Shown here: positions 26,447-38,800 of the stretch, piece after piece
Layout: each line of letters starts with the position of its first letter
Position numbering within the stretch: position 1 is the stretch's first letter
DNA from: Anaeramoeba ignava BMAN
Lineage: Eukaryota; Protista; Anaeramoebae
DNA length: 64,000 nucleotides
NCBI GenBank assembly: GCA_028826165.1
Contig: JAPDFW010000079.1
Coordinates: forward strand, 1-64,000
Reading direction: 5' to 3'
The notes under the pieces: model-generated
Told to the model about the DNA's origin: nothing
Seen by the model: only the letters and a program-made list of their open reading frames with translations
Databases searched by the model: none
Made by a program: the position numbers and the translations under genes

Positions 26447-29400
26447 TTAATTTTTCTTTTTTCCTTTATTAATTTTTGTTCTTCCAAAATGTTTATGATT
26501 TAAAAAATCATTTGAATCATCAATTTTAGTTTGATTTTTTTTCCAAATTTTTTGAAAAGAAATTTTAAAACTTTTGGATTGTTGATAATTTTTATAAAAT
26601 TCCAAAGTAATTTTATAATTAAGACCAGCAATAACAGAAATAGCCAATAAAAGAAGGAAAAATAAAGAAATAAAAGGAGAATAACTTGAAGAATTAAATT
26701 GAGAATTATCCAAATTTTTTGGGTAAAAATCAAATTGAATTAAATCATTTAAACTTAAATTTCCAAATAATTTTTCATTTTCATTTTCATTAATAATAAT
26801 TTCAATTTGAGGATTTTTATCAAATGTGTATTCATTTCTTGAGAGATCAGTATTTAAAATAACGGAATAATTACCATAAAGAACATTTGGAAAGTAGAAA
26901 AATGATTGATTTAATGATAAAGGAATTGGATGAACTTTCATTGGGAAATTCTTTTTCTCCATTTCTTTCTTAATAGAATCTAATTTAGGTACAAGTTCAA
27001 TTGTGATATTATTGATGTAACTTGAATTGACAATTCCTATAATTTGAGACAAATTGTTCTTGTTATCGAATCCGATAAAATTCAAATTTGAAACATCACT
27101 TTGATCAATATGAACTGAAATTTGATTTGGAATAATTTTCTGAGAAGAAGATTTTTTCATAACGGAAATTAAATAATTAACATTTGGTTTCAATCCTCTA
27201 ATTCTGTAATTGCCGTTTGAATTTGATTGGGTTTCTTCCTGATGTATTTCTTTGAGATTTTGGGATTCTGCTCTTATTGTCAATCCAGTTATTGGTTTAT
27301 TATTTAAAGTTGTAATTGATCCAAATAAACTAAAAGCAACTTTAAAAGCTTCAATAGAAAAATCAACATCTTTTCCTTCTTCAACTTTGATTAATCCTGA
27401 TGAAGGAGTGAAGTCGTATTCCTTCAACATTACAGAAAGATAATATTCTCCTGGTTCCAAATTCTGATATAAAAATGTTCCATCTACTCCAACTATATTA
27501 TTACTTCCGATAGCCTGAACTACTTGATAATGATAGAAGTACGTTTGAAACTGGTTTGTTTCCTTCTTTTTTGTCTTCAATTTTGATTTTGATACTCCCA
27601 AGTTTTCGGAATCTAAACATCCCTTTTTCTGCTTCTTCTGTAAATACATATCCTGCTTTTATTGCTGAAATTTGATATTTTCCAGGATCTTCAACTGGTC
27701 CATATTTATATTTTCCTTTTGAATCTGTTTTTGTTTCATATTCTTCTTTTTCTGCTTCGTTTTTGATTATGATTCTAACGTCTTCTAATGCTGGTGTTAT
27801 TTTTCCTGTGATAAATTTACCTTTTTTGCCTTCAAATATTCTCAATTTTATTGGGCATTCTTGACCATTTAAATTTTCAATTTCTTGATTTTTTGGATAA
27901 AATAAAAGTGATTTTGATTTTGGAATATAAATTGTTTTTGAATCAATTTTTGCGTAATGAGTGAATTGATAAGAAGATGGTTTTGAAGAGGATTGTGCTT
28001 GAGCAAAAATGGTTTGAGTTTTTGTATCAGTAATTTCTCCTTCATCAGAAGTTTTTGTTTTGATGGTTTTTATATCAATTTGAATTTCATTTAAATTTTC
28101 TTCTTTTTCTTCAATTTCAAGAATTCCTTCAACTTTAATATGTGTTAATTTGAAATCAATAACTTCATTTCTTGATTTTTGATAATTATAAAAATACTCT
28201 TCCTTCTCAAATAAGAAACAATCATCTGGTTTAATTCTATATAATCCCCATTTTTCCAAACAAATTAAATTTAAACCTTGATTAAATTGAATAGGAATTT
28301 TTGCGATAGTTTCTGAATCTTGAGTAAATGATAAAATTTCACATTCTGCAATAAAAGAATTTGAAGATTGAGCCTTTAATAAGAATCCTTTTTGTTGAAA
28401 TACAATGTTTGCTATATTTTCTGTTTCAATTTGAACCGGATATTCTTCATTTTCCCAACAAAAAGTTTCTTCATCAACTCTAATTTTATAATTTCCTGGA
28501 ATCACATTATCAATTACAAAAGAACCATCTTTATTGATAAAAGTTTCTTGTGAAATTTGCTTTGAATTTTCTTTAAGAATAACTTTGATTTTTAAATCAA
28601 AACAATTGGATAAAATGCAATTAATTTTCCCACTTATACTTAAAATTGTTTGAATAAAATCGATATTAAAAATTGGTTCATTTTGAACTTGAATAGGAAA
28701 AACAGTGATTGAATTGAGTGAAAATCCATTTTCAATTTCTTTCTGTGTAAGAATAGGTTGAATTATATATTCTTCACCTGAAATTACTTTGAAACAATAT
28801 TCTCCCTTATTATCTGTTATTTGTGTAAATTTTCTTTCATGTGAATCAATCATTTGCAAATTAATTTTTCTTTTTAATTCTTGATTGTTTTGTAATTTAA
28901 TTGTTCCGCATAAATCATATCCTACTGCAATTATATCTTGTATTTGATAATTAGATGGTGAAAGAATTATATTTTTTGTAAGTTCATTATCAAAATAGAA
29001 ATGATTTTTTTGAGCTTTTATTTGAAAATTTCCTTTTTGAAGATTTCCGAATTTGAATTGACTATTTTTTTTTTAAAATTTTATAAATGAATTTTAATTT
29101 TATAAATGAATTTTAATTTTAATTTTATAAATGAATTTTAATTTTAATTTAATTTTATAAATGAATTTTAATTTTAATTTTATAAATGAATTTTAATTTT
29201 ATTTTATAAATGAATTTTAATTTAATAAATGAATTTTAATTTTATAAATTTTTTTACCCTTCTTCATTTGTAATTGCAGTTTCTTTATCATTAATTGTAA
29301 TTAATACATTTGAAATAGGAGAACCACCTTTATTTTTAACATAACCAACAGCAGTAAAACCAAGAACTTTAAAATTTCCAGCATCAAAAACATTATTAAC

Positions 29401-31124
29401 AACTGAAATTTTTTTAAAATTAGGTTCTAATTGAAAAGGAATTGAAACAGGAATAATAACATAATCTCCACATGGAATTTCTGAAAAAGTAAATAATCCA
29501 TTTAAATCTGATTCAGTTGTTAATATTGGAAAATATTCAATTTCTTCTTCTTTTATTGTTTTAATTTCATTTTCAATTTTAAATCCATTTTTTTCTATCA
29601 TTTCTTTTGTTGTAAATAAAATAAATTTTGCATTTGCTATTTTATTATTTTCTAAATTTTGTTCTGAATCTAAAACTTTTCCTTCAATTGAAAATCTTTT
29701 AATTGTTAATGGTTTATTAACATTATGATTTATGAAATCAATTTGATAATCTTTAATCATCTAAATTTTTAAATTTTTAAATTTTAATTTTAATTTTAAA
29801 TTTTAATTTTAATTTTAATTTTAATTTTAATTTTAATTTTAATTTTAATTTTAATTTTAAATTTTAATTTTAATTTTAATTTTAATTTTAATTTTAATTT
29901 TAATTTTAATTTTAATTTTAATTTTAATTTTAATTTTAATTTTAATTTTAATTTTAATTTTAATTTTAATTTTAATTTTAATTTTAAATTTTAAATTTTA
30001 ATTTTAATTTTAATTTTTACATCAATATCAAAAATCCAAGAATTTGGAAAAGTTGATTTATCAATTTCAAATGAATATTTATCTGGAAGAAGATTTTTAA
30101 AAGTATAAATTCCTTTTTCATTTGTTTTTGAAGTTCTAATTATTCTTTCATTTTGAATTAAATTAACATTAATTCCTTTAACACCTTTTTCACAATTATC
30201 ACAAGTTGATTCAACCTTTAAAAATAAAAATAAAAATAAATTTATTTTGAATTTTTTAATTTTGAATTTTTTAATTTTGAATTTTTTAATTTTGAATTTT
30301 TTAATTTTGAATTTTTTAATTTTGAATTTTTTAATTTTGAATTTTTTAATTTTGAATTTTTAATTTTGAATTTTTAATTTGATTTTTAATTTTGTAATTT
30401 AAATTTTTGAATTTTTATTTTTAAAATAGAAATAAGAAAATTAATCATAAAAATGTTTTTTTGAATTTAAAATATTATTTTATTTTCATCTGAAATTCAG
30501 GTCCTTTAACTTTAAATTCATTTGGAACTTATTTTTAAAATAGAAAAAATTAAATTTTTCAAAAAAATGTTTTTTAATTTAAAATTTTAATTTTTTATTT
30601 TAATTTTAAAAGACCAATTTTAAGGTCCTTTAAATTTTAAAATAAAAATTTTAATTTTAATTGCTTCATAAATTGGAATAAAATAATATCCTTTTAAATT
30701 TTAATTTTAATTTTAATTTTAATTTTAATTTTAAATTTTGATTTTAATTTTAATTTTAATTTTAATTTTAATTTTAATTAATTTTAATTTTAATTTTAAT
30801 TTTAATTTAAATTTTAATTTTAATTTTTTATTTATAAAAAAAACCATTTGGTGCACAATTTTGTTTTTCTTTTAAGAAATTTGTATCAGTATTATAAAGT
30901 TCAATTGAAATTTCTGTTAAATCTATTGTTTTTATTAAACTAAATAATTTTTTTAAAATGAAAAAAAAATTTTTTTTAATTTTTTAATTATTTTTTTTGT
31001 TTTTAAAATACTTTTTAAGTTCATTTGATATTTTTATAAAACCTCCACATCCTTTAATTGAATCTTGAGAATTAATTAAAAATATTAAAAAGAAAGAAAG
31101 AAAAAGGATTTGAATAATTTTCAT
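26447..31124 (-). CDS. NOMO: Nodal modulator (NOMO) homolog, ER type-I membrane protein; multi-intron
   Basis: Signal peptide then GCGGFIK; CAPN|GYYFIPIYE; repeated carboxypeptidase-regulatory/Cna-B-like folds (GKYKYGP, LEPGEYYL..MLKEYDFTP, GNYRIRGLKPN); C-terminal TM. The 30240-30660 segment is garbled. Confidence 0.85.
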
Positions 31125-31200
31125 TTTTGATTTATTTTTAGAAAAATGAAAAATGAAAAATGAAATTAAATAAAGAAAAATTAAATAAATAAAAATTAAG

Positions 31201-31850
31201 AAATACATTTAAAATTAATTTTATTTTATATATTCCATTAACTTTTCTTTACTTAAAATAATATAAAATTATTCTCATTAATTAAATAAATTTAATAAAA
31301 TATTTTAATTAATTTATTTCAAAAATTAAATAAAGAATAATTAATAAATACATTTAAAATTAATTTTATTTTATATATTTTATTAACTTTTCTTGATTTA
31401 AAATAATATAAAATTATTCTCATTAATTAAATAAATTTAATAAAATATTTTAATTAATTTATTTCAAAAATTAAATAAAGAATAATTAATAAATACATTT
31501 AAAATTAATTCTATTTTATATATTTTATTAACTTTTCTTTTATTTAAAATAATATAAAATTATTCCCATTAATTAAATAAATTTAATAAAATATTTTAAT
31601 TAATTTATTTCAAAAATTAAATAAAGAATAATTAATAAATACATTTAAAATTAATTTTATTTTTATATATTTTATTAACTTTCTTTACTTAAAATAATAT
31701 AAAATTATTCTCATTAATTAAATAAATTTAATAAAATATTTTAATTAATTTATTTCAAAAATTAAATAAAGAATAATTAATAAATACATTTAAAATTAAT
31801 TCTATTTTATATATTTTATTAACTTTTCTTTTACTTAAAATAATATAAAT
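31201..31850. repeat. AT-rich tandem repeat, ~145 bp x ~4.5
   Basis: AAATACATTTAAAATTAATT recurs at ~31201, 31346, 31491, 31637, 31782. Confidence 0.9.
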
Positions 31851-32140
31851 CTATTCTCATTTTTTATATTTATATGTTAAATATTTCAATAATAAAATAT
31901 TTAAATCTAAAACATTAAATTATTATTTTAATAATAAAATTAAATATTAAATTATATTTTTAAATTAATTTCTAAATTAAATATTAAATTAAATCTATTC
32001 TCATTTTTTATATTTATATGTTAAATATTTAAATAATAAAATATTTAAATCTAAAACATTAAATTATTATTTTAAACATAAAATTAAATATTAAATTATA
32101 TTTTTAAATTAATTTCTAAATTAAATATTAAATTAAATTT
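31851..32140. repeat. AT-rich tandem repeat, ~144 bp x 2
   Basis: CTATTCTCATTTTTTATATTTATATGTTAAAT at ~31851 and ~31995. Confidence 0.85.
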
Positions 32141-32275
32141 ATTTTTATTTTTTATTTATTGATGTTCTTCTCTTTTTTCCATCATTATTAACGGAAATAA
32201 ATAATTCTCAATTTCCACTTTTTTTTTTTAAATTTTTTGCTTTTTTCATTTTTTTTCTTTTCTCAATTTAATAAA

Positions 32276-33746
32276 ATGGAAACTTATTCAAATTTAGAAA
32301 AACTTTCAAAAGATTTAAAAAATTTATTTCAAAATCAAAATCAAAATGAAAATGAAAATGAAAGTTATTTTGATTTTGAAATAATTTGTGAACAAAATAA
32401 AACTTCATTTAAAACTCATAAATCAATTCTTTCTTCAAGAAGTCAATATTTTAAATCTCTTTTAAAATCTAAAATGAAAGAATATCAAGAAAATAAATTA
32501 ATTTTAAAAGATGTTTCAAGTTCAATTCTATCTTCAATTTTAAATTATTTTTATTCAGGAAAAATTGAAATTAATTCAGAAAATGTTATTGAAATTTTAA
32601 TTTTTTCATCAAAATATTTAATTGATGAATTAATTGAAACTTGTTCAAAATTTATTAAAAAGAATTTTAAATTTGAAATTGCTGTTGGTGTTCTTAAATT
32701 ATCTGAATCAATAAAATTAAATGAATTATTGGATTTTTCTTATCAATTTATTTTGGATAGATTTGAAGAATTTATTAAAACTCCTTTTTTTCTTGAACTT
32801 GAAGAAAATCATTTAAATTTTATTTTATCCAAAGATGAAATTTCAATGAATGATTTTGATATTTTTCAATCAATAATGAAATGGGGAAAACATAAATCAA
32901 ATATTATTCAAGAAAAAGAAAAATTACAAAAACAAATTTCAAATATTATTGATAAAATCAGATTTATTGATTTTTCAAAACAAGAACTTGAAGATACTTT
33001 AAAAGAAGATTTAATTCCAAATGAAATTTCAGAAAAATTAATTCAATTCCAAAAACTTCAAAATCAAAACAATGAAAAAAAATTAAATCAATTTATTGAA
33101 AAAGAAAATCAAAATCAAAATTCATTCATTTTCAAATCAAGATTTAAATCATCATCAATTATTAAAGAAAAAGAATATTTCAATAAGTTAAAAGAATGGA
33201 TAAATGATGACGAATTCTTTTTCCAAAATGAAGAAAGGATTTTCAGCCAAAAGAGATGGATTTGATTCCTATGAATTTCATAAAAAAGCTGATGAAAAAG
33301 GGAAAACATTAGTTATTATCAAAACAAAAGATAATTTTATCTTTGGAGGATTTACAAAAGTAGGATTTACAGGAGATAGAAAAAAATGGAATCAACATAC
33401 TATTCGACATGGAGGAGGAATTGATTATGATTCAGGTGATATTGTTGATCCAGATGCATTTATTTTTACATTAAGAAATGATAAGAATGATAGAAAACCA
33501 GAGAAATTTACAGTTAAAAAGGGGAAAGAAAATGTTGCTGTTCATTTTGAATATTCTTGGCATCCACAATTTGGAGCTGGTCGTGATATTTGTTTAATGT
33601 CTGATTTAAAAACTGGTTTTTCATATTTTGGGAAAACTTATAATTTACCAAATGGAATTCAAGAAGGAACAAAAGAAGCATATAGTTATTTAACTGGAAC
33701 TACTAATAAATTTGTTGTTGAAGAGATTGAAGCTTATTTCATTTAA
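32276..33746 (+). CDS. BTB-BACK + TLDc protein (frameshift in a T-run at ~33220)
   Basis: BTB (THKSILSSRSQYFKSLL...MKE...ILNYFYSGKI), BACK-like region, TLDc (GFSAKRDGFDSYEFHKKADEKGKTLVIIKTKDNFIFGGFT...VEEIEAYFI). Confidence 0.9.
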
Positions 33747-33747
33747 A

Positions 33748-34110
33748 ATCAAAATTAAAATTAAAATTAAAATTAAAAATTAAAATCAAAATCAAAATCA
33801 AAATTAAAATCAAAATTAAAATTAAAATTAAAATTAAAATTAAAATTAAAATTAAAATCAAAATTAAAATTTAAAATTAAATTAAAATTAAAATTAAAAT
33901 TAAAATTAAAATCAAAATTAAAATTAAAATTAAAATTAAAATTAAAATTAAAATTAAAATTAAAATTAAAATTAAAATCAAAATTAAAATTAAAATTAAA
34001 ATTAAAATTAAAATTAAAATTAAAATTAAAATCAAAATTAAAATTAAAATTAAAATTAAAATTAAAATTAAAATTAAAATTAAAATTAAAAATTAAAATC
34101 AAAAATTAAA
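33748..34110. repeat. (AAAATT/AAAATC)n hexamer microsatellite
   Basis: Direct inspection. Confidence 0.95.
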
Positions 34111-34135
34111 TTTTCATTTTTCATTTTTCATTGTT
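34111..34135 (+). promoter_or_regulatory. Tandem TCATTT initiator-like array upstream of ACTR10
   Basis: TTTTCATTTTTCATTTTTCATT about 25-45 bp before the ATG. Confidence 0.6.
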
Positions 34136-34156
34136 TTAAAAGAAAATATTTAAGAA

Positions 34157-35696
34157 ATGACAGATAGATTAAAATTAGGTTTATTAAGTGAAAAAACAAT
34201 TATTGTTATTGAATTTGGTTCATATTTTATTAAATGTGGATTTGCTGGTGATTCTTCTCCAAGATATTTTATAAAATTAAATTCAATAAATCCAGAAACA
34301 AAAGAAAAAGTTTTTATTATATTTTTTATTTAAAAATTTTATTGATTTATTAATTTAATTTAAAAAAAATTTTTTCAATAAAGTTATTTCCTTTAAAAAA
34401 AACAAATCAAATTACTGAACAATCTTGGATTCATTTAGTTAACAAAGGTTTAAATTTAGTATTTTTAAAGTAAATAAAAAATTTAAAATAAAAAAATAAA
34501 AATTTTTTAATTAAAATTTATATTAATAATTTTCATTTAAAGATATTTACAAGTTAATACAAAAGATATTGTTGTAATTATTTGTGATGATGTTTTATGT
34601 CCAACTCCATTAAAAAAGGAAATTATAAAACAATTATTTGAAAAATATCAAGTTCCATTTGTTTTATTTGCTCCAAATCCTTTTCTTACTTTAATTCCTT
34701 ATAAAAAGAAAGATGGATTAATAATAGATTGTGGAAGAAGTGAAACTCGAATTATTCCAATATCCTTTTAATTAAAAATATTTTTATATTTTATTAAAAA
34801 AATTATTATTTACAAATTTCATGTTAAAAGAAAAAATTTTATTAAAAAGTTTTTTTTTTCTTTGATATTATTATTATTTTTATTTTCATTTTTACGTTTA
34901 TGAAGGTGTTCCATTATATTCTAATTTATATTATACAGAGCTTGGAATGATTGATATTATTCAAAATTTAAGAGAATTGCTAATTTTAAATTTAGAAGAA
35001 AAATCTCAAATTACAAAAGAAATGATCCAAGAAATTGATGATGAAACTTTGGAAGATATAATTTCAAAAATTGTTTTTATTCGAGGAAAATATGAGAAAA
35101 TTAATCCAAATCAAAAAATTAACAAAAAACAAAATGAATTGATAAAAAAACTTCAAATTGAAAAAAAACCAAAAGAAAATCAAAAAGAAATGAAAAAACT
35201 AGAAATTGAAGATATTAAAATCCCAATAAGAATCAAAGAAAAGAATTACAATTTAATAATAAAAGGCAAAATAAGAGGGAAAATAAGTGATATTTTATTT
35301 GAAGGAAAAGAAGAAAATGAATTTGAATCAATTATTGATATTTTTATTGAATGTTTAAAAAGTTGTAATTGTGATGTTAGAGCTTCTGTTTCACAGAATA
35401 TTATTTTATGTGGAGGAACTTCAATGATTCCTGGATTTCTTTCAAGATTAAGAGAAGAAGTTGATTTCAAATTGGATAATGATGAATATTTTAAAGATGT
35501 TCAATTTTTAAAAGGAAAATTACATTTTAATCATAATAAAAAAAATGCTAATTATATTTCTTGGATTGGAGGTTCTGTTATTGGTTCTTTAAATGATATT
35601 GTTGATAGATCTTTAAAAAGAGAAGTTTATTTAGAAAAAGGATCTAAAAGTTTTCAAGATTGGTCTAATTTTTTTGGTTATATTCAAGATTTTTAA
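34157..35696 (+). CDS. ACTR10: Actin-related protein 10 (dynactin Arp11); exons 34157-34309, 34384-34469, 34543-34759, 34896-35696
   Basis: The spliced frame is open throughout: EKTIIVIEFGSYFIKCGFAGDSSPR...YLQVNTKD.VVIICDDVLCP...LFEKYQVP...IDCGRSETRIIP|VYEGVP...NIILCGGTSMIPGFLSRL...NYISWIGGS...DWS, which are Arp10/11 hallmarks. Confidence 0.9.
34760..34895 (+). other. U12-type AT-AC spliceosomal intron (136 nt, phase 0) in ACTR10
   Basis: 5' site ATATCCTTTT, 3' site TTTTTAC, candidate branch TTCTTTGAT at 34858-34866; removal joins CCA|GTT in frame. Confidence 0.85.
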
Positions 35697-35873
35697 TTTA
35701 ACAAAAAGAACAAAAACAAAAATATTTTTTTTTTCTTTTCGGGATTTTTTTTGAATTCAAAAGAGAAAAAAGAAGAAAAAAGAAGAAAAAGTGAAAAATT
35801 TTTCTTTTTGAAATGAAATCAAATCAAATAAAAGCAAAAAAAAAGAAAAAGAAAAAGAAAATTAATTGAAAAT

Positions 35874-38800
35874 TCATTTCTTTTGTAAAAGTGGAGTAAC
35901 TGGTTGATTATCAAGAGTTTCATCTTTATTACTTTTATTATCTTCTGAATCACTATCTTCCAAATTATTATTATTATTGTTATTATTATTGTTATTATTG
36001 TTATTATTGTTATTATTATTTTCATCTTCAATTGAATCATCAACTTTTTTCTTTTCAGGAGGAATAGGAATCATTTTAACAATAAAAACCCAAACAGAAC
36101 AAATTGAATTATGATAAGTTTTAACATAAGCACCAACAGAAAAACAAACATCTTTATTAGTTTCTTTATGGAAATCATAATGTTCCAAAACATAATTTCT
36201 AATTCGAGAAGGATCAATATAAGAAAAATTAATAGGAACACCTTGAAATGAATAACCTGGAGGTGTAACTTGTGTTAATTTTCCTTTCCAAAGGAAATAT
36301 TCCTTTTTATCTTTTTCATCAATTTTTCCTAATGCTAATTTCTCAAAAAATTCTAATCCACTTTCAATTACTGGAACCATTTTTTGGATTTTTGGTGTTT
36401 TTAAATGTTCTCCATGTCTCCAATTAGTAAATCCTGAAAAAACTTCTTCTCTTATTTGTATTTGAATTGAACGAGCTCTTCCATCTGTTAATCTTTTAAA
36501 AAATTAAAAATTTAAATTAAAATTTCAAATTTCATGTTTTTGGAAAATTTTTTATAAAAATATTTTATAATAATTTACTTAGGTCCAATTCTCTTATGTT
36601 CATAATAAGGTTTAACATCAATAGTAAAATCTTTATCAACAAAAGGATTCCATAAATCATCATTTTCAAAATCATAAGTAATTTTAGCAGGATCTAAAGA
36701 AGGTTGAATATTAGCCCATAAATTTTTATGATTTGCAACAATATGTAATTGAGAATAAGGAAGAGAAATTCTATCACTTGAAAAATGAACAATATTAAAT
36801 AATTGGAATTCTTTTTCTGCTTTTGGAGTTTCTTTTGGAATTTGGTTTTTGTTTTGATCCTTTTCATCTTCAATACTTAAATCACTATCTAAAAGAGCTT
36901 CTTTATTATCATTTTTAATTTCCTCTTTATCTTCAACTTTTTTTTTTAAAAAACAAAATTTATTATTATTATTTATAAAAATTATTTTTTTAATATTCTT
37001 TTTAAATACTTTGATTTTTTCTATCAAAATCAAGACTTAATTCTCCTTTTGTTTCTCCTTTCCATTTTGAAGGAATATGATATTCTTTAGATGTTGAAGT
37101 TTCATAAAATGTTATTGATGAATCAGGTTCTCTAACAAGAACCCATGAATGACCTTCTCCTGCTTTTGTTTTTCCATAACAAAAATAAGCATCAATATTA
37201 AGTGATAAAAACATATTGACTTGAAGCATTGCATGTTCTTCTTGTGATCCTTTTCTCATTTCTAAAAAGAAATTTGGAGTGCACCAAACATCTTGTCTAT
37301 TTTATTAATTTTGATTTATTAATTTTGATTTATTAATTTTGATTTATTAATTTTCATTTATTAATTTTGATTTATTAATTTTCATTTGATTTATTAATTT
37401 TGATTTATTAATTTTGATTTATTAATTTTCATTTATTAATTTTGATTTATTAATTTTGATTTATTAATTTTGATTTATTAATTTTTGATTTATTAATTTT
37501 GATTTATTAATTTTGATTTATTAATTTTGATTTATTAATTTTTGATTTATTAATTTTGATTTATTAATTTTGATTTATTAATTTTTAATTTATTAATTTA
37601 TTTTTAATTTTAATTTATTTTTAATTTATTAATTTTGATTTATTAATTTTGATTTATTAATTTTGATTTTATTATTAATTTTCATTTTGATTTATTAATT
37701 TTCATTTATTAATTTTGATTTATTAATTTTGATTTATTAATTTTGATTTATTAATTTTGATTTATTAATTTTGATTTATTAATTTTCATTTATTAATTTT
37801 GATTTATTAATTTTGATTTATTAATTTTGATTTATTAATTTTGATTTATTAATTTTGATTTATTAATTTTGATTTATTAATTTTGATTTATTAATTTTAA
37901 TTTATTAATTTTGATTTATTAATTTTGATTTATTAATTTTAAATTTAAATTTTAATTTATTAATTTTCATTAATTTTGATTTATTAATTTTAATTTACTA
38001 ATTTAAATTTTAATTTTAATTTACCTTCCTCCAAAAGTTGTTTCATCATTTTCAAAAGTAATGCATTTAATCATTCTCGTAATTTCTCTTCTTTCTCTTA
38101 AGTTTGAAGGTAAAGTAAGAGGTGTCATGTAAGCAGGAATAAAATGTTCAGAATAATTTTCATCAGCACCTAAAATTAAGAAATCTCCTTTTTCTAAATG
38201 TTCTTGAGGTATTTTTTTCTTCCATTGTTTTTCTCTTTCAATATATTCAGGTTCAATTGGTTTTTTTAATTGGAAATTTTCAGTATTTTCTAGTTTAAAC
38301 TCAGATGGAAGATCTGGATGAAACCAAGCTCTAAGTTCAAGTTCTTGATCAGTTTCTTCACCATTATAAATTAATTTAGTACTTCTGTTAAACATTCTCG
38401 ATGAGAATTGTTTTAAACTTTGTTCATTTTTATCTATTTTTATAATTTTAATAATTTTTATTTTTATAAAATTTATTTTGAATTTAAAAATTAAAAAATA
38501 CCTTTAACATCAATATCAACTTCATAATTTTGATGAGCACCTTTCATAATTTCACTAAGAGAAACAACAGCAAACCCCAAAAAATCATCACCAGCAGCAT
38601 CTTCATCAAACATTAAAATCTTAATATTCCCAGTTTTAGCAACATTCACTTCATTTTAAAACAGGAACTCTAACTGAAAAATACAAAACTTCATCAAAAA
38701 CAGGATCAAGACATCTTTTAACAACTTTAGTTCTTTGTTTGCAACCATTCCATTCAACAATACAATATCCATCAGTTAGTCCATTTGCATCTGTAGCTCT

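Noticed and set aside
30240-30670. Possible GC-AG intron, RNA editing or trans-splicing in NOMO (exon pieces FILKFKGP*NWSF, VPNEFKVKGPE, and a DxNFLIS-like piece)
   Set aside because: Segments are duplicated at ~115-125 bp offsets (GGTCCTTTAA, AAAATAGAAA, AAAAATGTTTTT), consistent with a mis-polished consensus next to repeats; raw reads are needed.
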